From the NCBI GenBank assembly GCA_004431415.1, contig QPMI01000408.1:1-64000 (forward strand): a stretch of 64,000 nt of DNA, given 5' to 3'. The translations under genes were made by a program, and so were the position numbers. The notes under the pieces were generated by a model that was not told where the DNA came from, made no database searches, and saw only the letters and a list, made by a program, of their open reading frames with translations. The stretch comes from Cyanophora paradoxa CCMP329. Its lineage: Eukaryota > Plantae > Glaucophyta. Positions 1-10,794 of this stretch are shown piece by piece; the first letter of the stretch is position 1; each line of letters begins with the position of its first letter.

Positions 1-1
1 T

Positions 2-980
2 CACGCTTCATTCCGCTATGTTGTCCCAGAGGATTTCGTCACCCAGTATTTTCTACTGATGACCGAACAGGGCGAACTCGATAAGAAACTTCGCTATGTG
101 GGTGGTCTTGTCGGAACCGCTGGTAACACTGTCGGTGGAACCTACGAAATCGATTTACCCTCTCCTTTCGAGAAGGCGATGTTCCCACTTTGCGCTCTGA
201 ACTCTGAGATCGTGGTCGAATCGAATTCAAGCGATTGGTGATGGTATCATTGAGGATGTAAACAATGTTGGCAATATTTCGGTCGTAAACAGTGGTGCTT
301 CCCTTCAAGTGCTGAACCCCGCATTATCTGCAAGGTCGTAAATGCCGATGAGGCGGTTGTATCTGAGACCATTGCCCGTGTTAAATCGACTGGTATCGCG
401 ATCCCCTACAACGAAATCGGTTTCCTCCACACAGATTTCAGCGACCGCCTCCGGTTCGCGAGTCAATCTCTCGCAACTCACAGGTGCGGGTCTCATCCAC
501 ACTCTCGTATTCTCTGTGCGCCAAAACGCGAAGACGAAGGTGAACAACGGAACTCTCTCGGTTCTGGCTCCTCGTGCACTCCGAACCAACGCTGTGAACT
601 TCTATGTGGAACTCAACAATAACCGCCTTTACTCGAATACTTCGCTTCCTCTCATGATTGCCGCGACCAAACTTCAAGATAAATATAATTCGGCGATCTT
701 TACCGAGAGCACAAGCTACCCCGCTCTCACTGGCATTTACTTCGGTGCTGGAAACGGAAAGGCGTCGCTTCTCAACCAAGAGAACACGGGCTACATCGAT
801 GCCACAGGCACATCGGCGTTCGATCTGGTCTTCGAATTCAATGGTGTCACAGCCGGTGGAGTCGGTAATGAGGAGTGGTATGCGGGTGCCGCTTATCAGA
901 AGATGCAAATTCAGTGCATTGCCCTCGCTCATAACATAATGATAATTACCGCCGACGGAATCCGAAGAGTAAGCGCCTAG
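2..980 (+). CDS. Major capsid protein (double jelly-roll), 5'-partial, frameshifted
   Basis: The frame is open from base 2 (HASFRYVVPEDF...). MCP-like motifs FPLCALNSEIVVE and C-terminal IQCIALAHNIMIITADGIRRV. The intervening peptide (IICKVVNADEAVVSETIARVKSTGIAIPYNEIG) lies in other frames, implying several 1-nt indels between ~215 and ~425. Adjacent to the packaging ATPase. Confidence 0.72.
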
Positions 981-1030
981 TCTATTGACCACATTCAGTC
1001 TTATTTTTCTATTGTTTTTATAGTGAAAGA

Positions 1031-1897
1031 ATGCAAAAAGGGACGACGCCCATAGATCTCGAAGAATGGAACCCGAAACAGAGGGTGAAACTTCCCGCAC
1101 GATTTCTCCTATTGGCGAAAACCAATTGTGGTAAATCGGTATTCTTAAAGTGGCTGATCAAAGAACTCGAAGACCAGATCTCGTATGTTCTGGTTTTTTG
1201 TCCTACGAGTTTCAACGGTTTCTGGGGACAAATTACAGATGAAGTGCATGATACCTGGAAACCGGAATACGTAGAGTCGATCATAGAAGCCCGCAAAAAG
1301 GCTATCATTGCGGGTAAGAAACCAAAGAATATTCTTATCGTGCTCGACGATTGTTTGGAGTCCGGAACTATCGATCTTTCGCGCGATCATTTGCTAAATA
1401 AATTGATGGCGCAAGGTCGTCATACGTTTTGTAGCGTCGCTTTAATATCGCAGAAATTAACAAAGCTGTCAACTATCATTCGCAGTAATGCGGAGTATAT
1501 CATATTCCTCAGCTGGTCAAACATGCGAGAGTTCGAAGCATATCACGAGGAATTCGGCAACATGGATAAGGAGAGTTTCAAACGTATGTTCCAAGAGTTT
1601 TGTCATAGCTACCAAGCGATCATTCACGATAATACCGGGTATTCTGTGCGATGGTGGGTCGAAAAAGCCGATATGATCGATGACCATCCGTTTACTAAAT
1701 TCCACAAGCGGGCGGCTTTTGAAGAAAAGAAGCGCAAACAACAAGAGGAGCAAGCGACAAAACCGCCGCCTGTCAAAGATTCGACAACTGTCTGTCGAAC
1801 TTTATCCAAATTTGAGCGTGAGCTTGAAGGTATCCCAAAACTTTCGCAAATTTCGCCTAAGAAAAAGAAAATGTTAATCAAATGTAAGAGAAGATAA
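1031..1897 (+). CDS. A32-like (FtsK-HerA family) genome packaging ATPase
   Basis: Walker A LAKTNCGKS, Walker B ILIVLDDC, and A32-type motifs QGRH and SVALISQ...IIRSNAEY. Confidence 0.92.
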   Translation: MQKGTTPIDLEEWNPKQRVKLPARFLLLAKTNCGKSVFLKWLIKELEDQISYVLVFCPTSFNGFWGQITDEVHDTWKPEYVESIIEARKKAIIAGKKPKNILIVLDDCLESGTIDLSRDHLLNKLMAQGRHTFCSVALISQKLTKLSTIIRSNAEYIIFLSWSNMREFEAYHEEFGNMDKESFKRMFQEFCHSYQAIIHDNTGYSVRWWVEKADMIDDHPFTKFHKRAAFEEKKRKQQEEQATKPPPVKDSTTVCRTLSKFERELEGIPKLSQISPKKKKMLIKCKRR

Positions 1898-1899
1898 TC

Positions 1900-2583
1900 A
1901 TGGTCTACCGAAAGAAGCCTCAAACCATTCAAACGGTCGCTTCTGGTAATCCTAATCGCGGACTTGAAGAGTCTGGATTAACGTCGGGCGGCGGTCTCGA
2001 AATGCCCGAATATCTTATAGACACTTCGCCAGAGGAGGTCGCCAAGCAAGAGGCGATTATTGCGAGTGCCACCGCGGACAAGGGCAACCAAGATAGCGGT
2101 AAACGCCAAATGGAGGATTTAGCTACTGTAAAACCACAGATTGGAGGCGGCTCTGTTGATGAAGCAACAGACAAAGTAATTAAAGCGCAAGTTGTCGCAA
2201 GCCAGCACAAAACGCAAGACGTCCCGAAAGCCGCCGAAACTGAGCTCAAAAAGCGCGGATCCTATCAAAAACACACGGTTCCTGTCGACGTTGTCATGAG
2301 CTTCGAAGAGAAAGTGCGAGACCTTGAAATGAAAGTCTCTAACTACGAGAAATGGATGCAAGATTATAACGAACGCAAGAAATTAAAGGGGCTCGTGAAG
2401 AAAGAGATCTCCAAATTCGGATTAAAGCAAAAAGTCGACGTAGAGGAGATTAAAAAGGAGGAAAAGACAGATGCGCAAGCCGTAACTCGACAGCAATCGG
2501 TTGCCCCGCAATATGCACATATTGTGCCGACCGCACCCGTGAATTATGCCGCAATGCTTGGTGGTAAACGCCATATCCGCTAA
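1900..2583 (+). CDS. Hypothetical viral protein with coiled-coil
   Basis: 227-aa ORF starting 2 nt after the ATPase stop, same strand, with a Lys/Glu-rich helical segment. Confidence 0.7.
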   Translation: MVYRKKPQTIQTVASGNPNRGLEESGLTSGGGLEMPEYLIDTSPEEVAKQEAIIASATADKGNQDSGKRQMEDLATVKPQIGGGSVDEATDKVIKAQVVASQHKTQDVPKAAETELKKRGSYQKHTVPVDVVMSFEEKVRDLEMKVSNYEKWMQDYNERKKLKGLVKKEISKFGLKQKVDVEEIKKEEKTDAQAVTRQQSVAPQYAHIVPTAPVNYAAMLGGKRHIR

Positions 2584-2744
2584 TGGCTGTGAATATCCGC
2601 AAGGCAAAGCTGAACCCGCCCGTATTTAGAGCGGGTCTTTATGTGGACTCCCTTGCAATAGGGACAGGTCGGCTCCATAAACAGCATTATAAGTTCGACC
2701 AATTCGTAGGGGAACACACGAGCAAGTAAAGCCCTCATTCCCTT

Positions 2745-2757
2745 TATTTTCTCCGAT
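2745..2757 (+). promoter_or_regulatory. Putative viral promoter motif (variant TATTTTCTCCGAT)
   Basis: One mismatch to the motif at 3324, 3888 and 9651. Lies upstream of ATG 2786. Confidence 0.5.
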
Positions 2758-2785
2758 ATTAATACGTTGCGTCCTTGTAGGATCG

Positions 2786-3220
2786 ATGAATTTCATCACA
2801 CAATGCATTGAAATGTTTCAGCTTCATGTCGTGTCTAATTGCCACAGTCCTTGCTGTGACACAACCGTAGAGGTTAATATTTCTGACGACGAGAATGGAG
2901 GTAGGCGCCTTTCTGTATATTCTAACCACAGCGACAATCACAACCACCCACGATCTCGATCGCCCTCGCCTGTGCCCGCGGCTATGAGTTCTAATATCGA
3001 AACCGCTCAGATAGAGGACGTGCATGTAGAGCATATTAGAAGGCGCTCATGTCCTGAATTTGTAGAAGGTCATTTGCGCGCTGACTCCCCTTATCCGATG
3101 TATAGATTGGATCAAATGCCATTAGGCGACGATGAAAATGTAACGAACCCTTATGTTTATCCTCAGCAACCTTATGTATATCCTCAGCAACAAGAAAGAA
3201 CCGTCTGGAACGGTTATTGA
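2786..3220 (+). CDS. Hypothetical viral protein (N-terminal CxSxCC motif)
   Basis: 144-aa ORF preceded by the promoter motif. Contains SNCHSPCC and a PYVYPQQ repeat. Confidence 0.55.
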   Translation: MNFITQCIEMFQLHVVSNCHSPCCDTTVEVNISDDENGGRRLSVYSNHSDNHNHPRSRSPSPVPAAMSSNIETAQIEDVHVEHIRRRSCPEFVEGHLRADSPYPMYRLDQMPLGDDENVTNPYVYPQQPYVYPQQQERTVWNGY

Positions 3221-3323
3221 GCGGTGAATTTCGGTGGCGCTTGTATCGAGCCAAGGGCAAAAATTGAAGGTTTCGGTAAAAGGTATATAAGGGCAAGGGA
3301 AATAATACAGAGTGACAAAAAAC

Positions 3324-3336
3324 TATTTTCTCCGGT
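3324..3336 (+). promoter_or_regulatory. Putative viral promoter motif TATTTTCTCCGGT
   Basis: Exact 13-mer, 8 nt before ATG 3345. Confidence 0.6.
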
Positions 3337-3344
3337 TATAGTAA

Positions 3345-3858
3345 ATGGCGAAACCAAGATTTCAAACCAAGAGGCAATGGCGGCACAGCAAGAAAAGCGC
3401 AGACCAGGGCGACCGAAGAAGGTGATCACAGAAGAGGAGAAAGCGGAGAGATTAAGACTAAAACGCGAGAAAGATGCAGAGCGGCAGCGAAACAAGCATC
3501 AGAGACAAAGCAAGAGCGATTAGCCGCCGGAGAGGCTACTATATTCACACCGGAACAGCTACAAAAGATCGCAATTCGTAAACAGCAGCGATACCAAGAC
3601 GATGAAGAGTATCGGGAGAAAATCCGAGAGAAGGCACGTGAATACCAACGAAGGAAAAGAGCGGAACGCAAGCTGAATCCGCCGGTGAAGCCCAGCCGCA
3701 AAAGCCCGCTGGAAGACCCCGAAAGCATGTCGTCGAGAACGCAAAAACTTCGTAGCGGAAAGTACCGTACGATGCAAAAAATGATTAATTTTTTACCTCC
3801 ATTTTTATTCCCCGTATCGGTCAAAAAAGCACTTAAAGATTTGGCGACAAGGGTATGA
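3345..3858 (+). CDS. Basic, AT-hook-like (RRPGRPKK) putative DNA-binding protein, frameshifted
   Basis: Charged helical peptide split across frames (AAQQEKRRPGRPKK... then LAAGEATIFTPEQLQK...RV*). Preceded by the promoter motif. Confidence 0.5.
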
Positions 3859-3880
3859 AAGGAGAATTTGGTAGATTGCG

Positions 3881-3900
3881 CCGAAATTATTTTCTCCGGT
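3881..3900 (+). promoter_or_regulatory. Putative viral promoter CCGAAATTATTTTCTCCGGT
   Basis: Identical 20-mer at 9644-9663. Lies upstream of ATG 3923. Confidence 0.65.
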
Positions 3901-3922
3901 TATTTTAAAAGAACTAATAGAG

Positions 3923-6900
3923 ATGCCGCGCGCAACCAACAGAATCGCTAACAATGTTCGGGATGAAATTATCGGATACATTATGCAGGGATTGAGTCAG
4001 GATTTGCTAACCGAAGAACAGGCGCATTGGGCGATGCACAACACAATGAATCGGAAGCCCAAGCTCCAAACGCTGATCGACATTCGGGACACTCTGAATG
4101 GAATCATTAATCCCCGCGTTTTCCGCAGGGCAGAGCGGAAAGAAAAGCGCGCCGCTCGCACCCAAGTTAACATAGAAAAGCAAAAGCAAAAAGAACAAGA
4201 GGCTAAGCGTTTACAGCGCTTCGATCGCAAGCAAGAACAGAAACGAGCGAAAGAAGCGAAGCTCGAAGCAAAGCAGCAGAGAGGTAAACTAAAAACGGTA
4301 GAGGATGCAATTAAACGCACTATTCTCGATCCAATCGCCGCATACGATCCGGAAACTCTCGCAACAATTACGTTCAAGCTATGGGGACCTGGATCCGGTG
4401 CTCGGTCGTCGGAGGTATTTGTTATTCCCGGAATTCCCGAAGAAAATATGCCAGACAGAACCTTTGTCACCTACCGCAATATAAGAGAGACAGTTTCGGT
4501 GAGTGTGTTGCGAAGCTTTGCTCTGGCGAAAATGGATACAATGTCTCAAATTATAATTAGACCGGGTCAAGTTCGTTATGATTGGCATGAGAGCGAATCA
4601 ATCTTCTATTTACTCAAAAACTACGATGAATTGGCAGTAGGACTTAAAACTTTCGGCGAAGCATACGAGGTGTTCTTCTATAAGACACCACCAACCGAGG
4701 AACAGAAAAGACTAAGCCTAATATTTGGTGATCTTGGCGGCAGTATCGATGATGCCTTTATAACTGTTCATGAGGTCGTGATCGATGGGGACGAAGGTGT
4801 CGAAGATGACGGAGCCGGTGCTATCCCTGGCAATCGCTATGCGTTTCTGGATGAGGAGCTTACGGACAGCATGCGATGCACCGCGATTATGAGCAAATTC
4901 ACAGACTACACATTAAATCCAAACGCGTCTGAGTTCGAAGATGTTATTGAGCTTCCCAAATCATCTACATCTAACGCTTGCGGATACGATATGATCATCT
5001 CCACATGGGGAGCGTCCATTAAGAAGTGTCAGGACGCGCCAAAACCGCGATATACTGACTTAACTATGTCCTACGACGGTCTCTATAAATTCTTTCACGG
5101 TCGCGAACGCACACCTGGCGACTCTCTGGCTCTCACCCTCCGCCATATTGAGAAATTCTGTAAGAGAATCCAGACAGGCTTCCGCGTCTTTGATGTCGAC
5201 GGAAAGTTAATACACAAATTCGCGGCGGAATCAATTAACAAAAACATCTTTCCCCGCAATATTCACTTTATGATTCACAACAAGCACATCTATATATTCA
5301 ACGATAACATCAAGTCGCTCGAAATGCGCATGGCGAAGATGGAGGTCGAAGAGCTCGATAATCATGTTCCTAAGTCGAACTCTTCGTTAGCACTCTATAA
5401 AATTCCGACGTGTCTTACTCACGATATCTTCGCGCACACATCCAAGGATTTGTTAAAGATCACGCAACTTAAACTATCGCCCGACGAGCGCAGTTTCATC
5501 CGCATTCTGTATACTGGGCGCGAAGGTCTGGAAGGTCTTCTATTTACGTTCCTGAAAATGCGATATGAACCCGCAGTGAAGCTAACACCATCGAAACAGA
5601 TCGACAGCATCACATTCAAAGCTAATGGCTCGATGTTCTCTATCAAAGATCCACGCACAACAGACCACTTTATTGAGCAAGATTTCGAAACAGAGGAGTA
5701 TTATAATAAGGTCTGTGAAATCGGGAAGGGATTCCGCGAGTCGCTTCTAAATGCGACGAATATCTCACATTACAGCCCGAACATGCGCGAAATTCTCACG
5801 CACTACAAGCGATCCGCACTAAGTGGCTTTTTCTATAAGCCGAACCCGAAAGCCACCTACACAGCTGTCGATATGGCGAAGTGCTACCCTTCGATACTGA
5901 AAGGCATGCAATATCTTCCGAAATACAATGTGTTTGATGACTTCGTTCCCTTTAAAGCGGGAAGCGATATTCTCGAATACGCGATCTACTACGTGCGTGT
6001 CGTTGCGTTTGAGAGAGAGCAAGCGACTTTCGCCGACGATGAGGATGTAGATTATGATGCCGCCATGTCTCGCAAGATTGATGGAATCGAAATTATACTG
6101 GATCGCGCATTTTCCGTGAGTGGTCGCTGTTATAATTTCATGACAGGCTACACTCTCTCCATGCATTGGGCGGACGTAAAGGACAAGATAGAGATTATCG
6201 CGGTCGCGGAGCCTTCGCATTTGGTGCCCAATACGTCGATCGCTGAGATGCAAAAAGTGCTGTCAAGCGACATTCAAACCACAGATAAGAAGCACATTTT
6301 AGTGAAAGAGATCGGAATGCTCGGCAAATTCCAAGACTCGCAAACATCCACGAAAATGTTCTACAACCGTGCCGAGGCTGAGAGGTTCGCCCAAGAATGC
6401 GGAGGAACAGTAGAGGTGTTTACTTTCAATCCTAAGAATTCGAAACGTGTCAAAACTCTTAGCGAATTCGAAGGTCACATCTATTTCGTTAAGATCAGCT
6501 CCCACCGCGAGCTCGTTAACGGATTCCTTCCTATCCACTTTCATATTTACGATCGTAACCGTGCTAATATGTTTGCGCAATACAAGCGCCTGACAGCGCG
6601 CGGGCACAAGGTTGCCGGGATCAGAACGGACTGTCTATATATCGAAGGTTCATGGACAAGTAAGAAAGAGTTCGACCGAAATGCGTTTGAGAACATGGGC
6701 AAATTCAGCTATATTCCGGGAAAAGATGCCCTGAGAATGCACTCCGCCCACCACGGGGTGTAACTCTCGAATTTCAGGATCCCGAGACACTCATTAACCG
6801 GTTCTCGCTGAGGGACGAATTTAATCCGGAGTGCTTTAATTGGGTTGCGGAGCTCCATAATCGTATGCTTGTCCTTGCTGACATGCCCGGAAGTGGAAAG

Positions 6901-8237
6901 TCGACACTCGGTATTAACTGTTTCGCATCTCAAAAGTCGAATTGCTTAGTTATTTGCCCCTATAACAAACAGTGCGCGGAGCTGAGGGACTCTCTCAAAG
7001 TCCGCGGAATCGAGAATATTACCGTTCGTACTTTGTATAATGTTCTCGGGATCCGTGTCTCAAATGATCAGACCTACGAAGAGGCTATGAGCGAAAAAGA
7101 CCAGAGGGCGTTCGTATCTGAGTTCAGCCACATTATGTTCGACGAGATATTTGCGTATTCCGTAAAAGATCTCGCTAAGATCAAGTCGTTTATCGATCGC
7201 TATCCGGATATCAAATATTTGGCTAATGGCGATACCTATCAGAACGAACCGATTAATGATGAGCTATCGGTTTCTGATCGCAAGGGCTACTATAAGCGCG
7301 CTGTGCAGAGCATGTTCCCTAACGTCCTGAGTCTACGCATTAACAAGCGGCACAAGAAGGAGACAGACGTGAATTAATTCGGGCGATTAAAGAGGATCTC
7401 TTCGAGAACGGACTGGAAGCCGCACAGATTATCTCGAAATACGGGTTGCCGACAATTAATGATCTAAGCGCTATTCCCGACGGCTACTTTGGCATCGCTT
7501 ACAGAAACGAAATGACCTTAGCCTACAACAAACTGATGCACGATAGACGCAAAGTAAATATCCCAACCGTAGAGGTCAATGGCATCAAATTCTACAAGGG
7601 TTTGGAAGTCGTTTGCCGCAAGTATCTACGCATTTCGCGGTCTGAGGGCGAGTCTATAAACGCATACACGAATTACACCTATCGAATCACCAAAATCACC
7701 AAGCAAATGGTCACATTAACTGACGTTTTCGATGGCGTCACGTTCGAGGTTCCGTGCGCGATGTTAGAACATTTTTCTCTCCCTTATGCAGGAACAGGTC
7801 ATTCAACGCAAGGTCTCACACTTGATTCGGGCATTGTCATTTGTGAGGCTACGTTCCGCTATACCACTCGCGAATGGTTCTATACCGCTCTCACTCGTAA
7901 CCGCGATCTGTCCACTGTGCTGATTTATACACCGATTCACAAGTTCCAAGGAAAGAGCGACTACATCGAATATCTGAAAACGAAGATCCGCGGATATAAA
8001 TGCCAGGATCAGCGTGCCGGGCGCGATTTCAACGAAGCGGATTATATTACGCCGGAGTGGATATTAGAGCGCAAGAAGCAACAGAAGGGCGCCTGTGCGA
8101 TCTGTTCCCTTCCGATTCCGATTGAGCCGCAAGATCCGAATTATAGGCTCGTCGTGGATCGCATCAATAATAAGCGCCCACATCTTAAAGACAATTGTCA
8201 ACTCGCGCATCACGGGTGCAATTGCAGCAAAAAATAA
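3923..8237 (+). CDS. Replication protein: divergent family-B DNA polymerase fused to SF1 (RecD/Pif1-like) helicase and C-terminal HNH/endonuclease VII-like domain; two -1 frameshifts (~6722, ~7370)
   Basis: PolB motifs AVDMAKCYPS, KKHILVKEIGMLGK and GIRTDCL. Helicase motifs PGSGKS, FDEI, GDTYQ, INKRH, TGHSTQG and YTALTR. Terminal CAIC...VDRINNKRPHLKDNCQLAHHGCN. The downstream frames are open back across the upstream stops. Confidence 0.8.
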
Positions 8238-8255
8238 ACAGGGTTAATTAGAAGA

Positions 8256-9637
8256 ATGTCACGGATCGTCAGAAGGGTAGCGGGCGAGGAAACGGAGACC
8301 ACCATTCTACCTATCGCGGTTCCTGAAACTGAGCAAGTCCCCCAAAAAATCACAAAACGCCAAGCAAAATCAAATTTATTAGGAGATGTTCCTTTTAGCA
8401 TTGCTAACCCGTCCTCTAAGATCGTGCGACGCATGTATGACCCGAAGACAGGTTTTAAGAACCCGTCCGCGATATACGAAGAGCTGAGAAAAGAGGACAA
8501 GACCCTCACATTAAAAGAAGTGCAAGATGTCGCAGCGAAACAAGAATTTATGCAGATCAACAAGAAGCCCCCGCACCGACCCAAACAGCTTTTATTCCCA
8601 TCACAGCCCCGCCGTGGTGCTACCAAGCCGATCTCATCTTTTATCTCTCATATGGCAGCTATAATTCCGGCTACATTGCAGTCCTTACTCTCATCGAGAT
8701 GACAAGCCGAAAAGCATATGCCAAGAAGTTAAAGAACAAAGAGGGCGCAAGTGTTGCCGCCGCTTTTGCGGAGATGCTTACAGAGCTCCCGGCTCCGATG
8801 ATTCGATTGGAGACAGATAACGGCTCAGAATTCATCGCGAAGGAGTTTCAGGAGGTCGTTAAAAGCAATGGAATAGAGCACCGCTTTAAACAGGTCGGAG
8901 ATCACACTTCGCTGGGAATAATGAATCGCTTTCATTTGACCCTAAAAACGATGATAAACAATTACTGTGTCGCATATAATACTGTGCGGTTTATGGACAA
9001 GCTGGACGACTTCGTTTTCAATTATAATAACACCATTCACAGAACCATAGGAATGAAACCCGCAGATGTTAAGCTTTCTGATATGGAGCGGATCCGAGCG
9101 GCTATTATTTCAAGGAAGAACACAATCGTAAAGGATATATTCAGCGACTTTAAGCCGGGTCTCCACGTCCGTGTATTATTGCCAAGATCAAAGTTTGATA
9201 AAGGAGCAACACAAAGGTATAGCAGAGAGGTCTACAAAATTGCGGGAAGGAGAGGAAACGCGATAGAGGTGCAAGATGCAGCCGGGAACGTAATGCCGAA
9301 GCTTTTTAAGCCGCACGAATTGCAAATCATTACAGAGGTCGAAGCTGTGGTCGAGCCATCAGGCAACGCTATTTTAGCGGCTGATGTAGAGGCAGCTTCG
9401 ATCCGGCAGGTTCAAAAAGAAGGCATAGATGTCGCCGCAAGTGTTCCAAAAGGCGCATTATTGGAAGATCGCGCAGAAAAGACAAAGAGGGCGCTGAGAG
9501 AGCTCGCTAAATTAACGATCGCGGGAACTGAGAAGCTCTCAGAGGTAAACAGTCAGCGGTGGTATAAATCATTCAAGAATCAGAGCGCAAGCTACACAGC
9601 CCCTACTACGCGCATTCTTCGGTCTTCTCGTTCATAA
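8256..9637 (+). CDS. Polinton-type retroviral-like (rve) integrase, one -1 frameshift at ~8600
   Basis: YDPKTGF N-terminal motif; shifted frame reads ITAPPWCYQADLIF...LTLIEMTSRKAYA; then LETDNGSEF, GIMNRFHLTLK, YNNTIHRTIGMKP and FDKG...YSREVYKI. Confidence 0.88.
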
Positions 9638-9643
9638 CAAACC

Positions 9644-9663
9644 CCGAAATTATTTTCTCCGGT
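9644..9663 (+). promoter_or_regulatory. Putative viral promoter CCGAAATTATTTTCTCCGGT
   Basis: Identical to 3881-3900, 13 nt before ATG 9677. Confidence 0.65.
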
Positions 9664-9676
9664 AAATATAAAAGAG

Positions 9677-9991
9677 ATGGAGGGTGAAAAGTATTATGTT
9701 GATATTCCGTTTGATAAAAAAGACGTTGCGAAATCCCTCGGTGGAAAGTGGGATCGTGAGAATTCATGCTGGTATGTCATGAAGAAAGATCACCCCCTAT
9801 GCTCTCAGTTCAAAACTCTAAGCTATGAGCAAGTGTATCAAAGAAACGTGAAGGTTTACCTCGATATTCCTTATGAATTTAAGGATCAAGCGAAGGCTGA
9901 GAAAGCCCGCTGGGATCCCGTTATGAAATCCTGGTATGTCATGGGTCTCGATCACCCGCTAATGGGCAAGTTTCCGATCAAGGAGCATTAA
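9677..9991 (+). CDS. Tandem DUF5710-like domain protein
   Basis: Two copies of Y-x-DIP-x-x-x-KD-x-AK...WD...WYV (YVDIPFDKKDVAKSLGGKWDRENSCWYV and YLDIPYEFKDQAKAEKARWDPVMKSWYV). Confidence 0.75.
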   Translation: MEGEKYYVDIPFDKKDVAKSLGGKWDRENSCWYVMKKDHPLCSQFKTLSYEQVYQRNVKVYLDIPYEFKDQAKAEKARWDPVMKSWYVMGLDHPLMGKFPIKEH

Positions 9992-10016
9992 ATATATCTG
10001 TCGTTTTTTTCATTTT

Positions 10017-10409
10017 TTATGAAATTGGGAACCTTTGCTCGACCTGTAAGTCCCACTTTCGAACTTTCAGCCTTTCCTGTATGAGATTGTTAATGTCCCG
10101 TGCTATACCCATCGTCTTTGCTTCGGCATTTGAGCCGCATGTAAAGATATCGATCGCTAATAGCCCCTGGTCGCTATAAGAGTGAGCTGTGGCATGCGAC
10201 TCATCTAATAGAAAGCCAATCGCGAAACCGGGAGGGGAAATAGAGCCATCGAAAATGCAAGTGTGCTGGTGCACGATGCGCATATTGCGATCTGTGATAT
10301 ATTGCGATAGGTTCGCTGTGATCCACTCGGCGCATGCCTCCGGGGACTCAGTAAACGGGTCGGTTATATAGTCGAGCATAACGTGGTAGCCGCGGTATCG
10401 GGAATCCAT
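10017..10409 (-). CDS. speD: S-adenosylmethionine decarboxylase proenzyme, small prokaryotic (class 1b) type
   Basis: 130 aa. GYHVMLDY, then PPGFAIGFLLDESHATAHSYSDQGLLAIDIFTCG with the ESH pyruvoyl self-cleavage site and TCG motif. Confidence 0.9.
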   Translation of the reverse strand: MDSRYRGYHVMLDYITDPFTESPEACAEWITANLSQYITDRNMRIVHQHTCIFDGSISPPGFAIGFLLDESHATAHSYSDQGLLAIDIFTCGSNAEAKTMGIARDINNLIQERLKVRKWDLQVEQRFPIS

Positions 10410-10794
10410 TATTATTTAAGTCGATATTTTTGTGAGCTATGTGGTTTCGTAGCCGCCAAATCGCGCCCTTTGCGAATCAGACCGCGCCACTTCGTAGTAG
10501 TGTAGAACTACTCTATACGCGCGCGGATGCAAAGTATGACTAGTGGAGCCCTCCGGGAACGCGCGCCGGCGCTCAGAATGTAGCGGACACCTCCGTTTTC
10601 GGGCACTTGTGCAGAAATCGAGGTCGCTCTTCGCTCCACGGTGGGCTAAGCTAGTCAAAGCGTAACCATCATGCCCGGAATCAAGTTGTGAGCACATAGC
10701 AATTGAGAGCGCGCCGAGATCGGCTTCCTGTCCAAAGTTATGCCCGGAAAACGAAAGGGGGTCTCCGCGAAGTCGCGATCGCGATGTTATCGAG

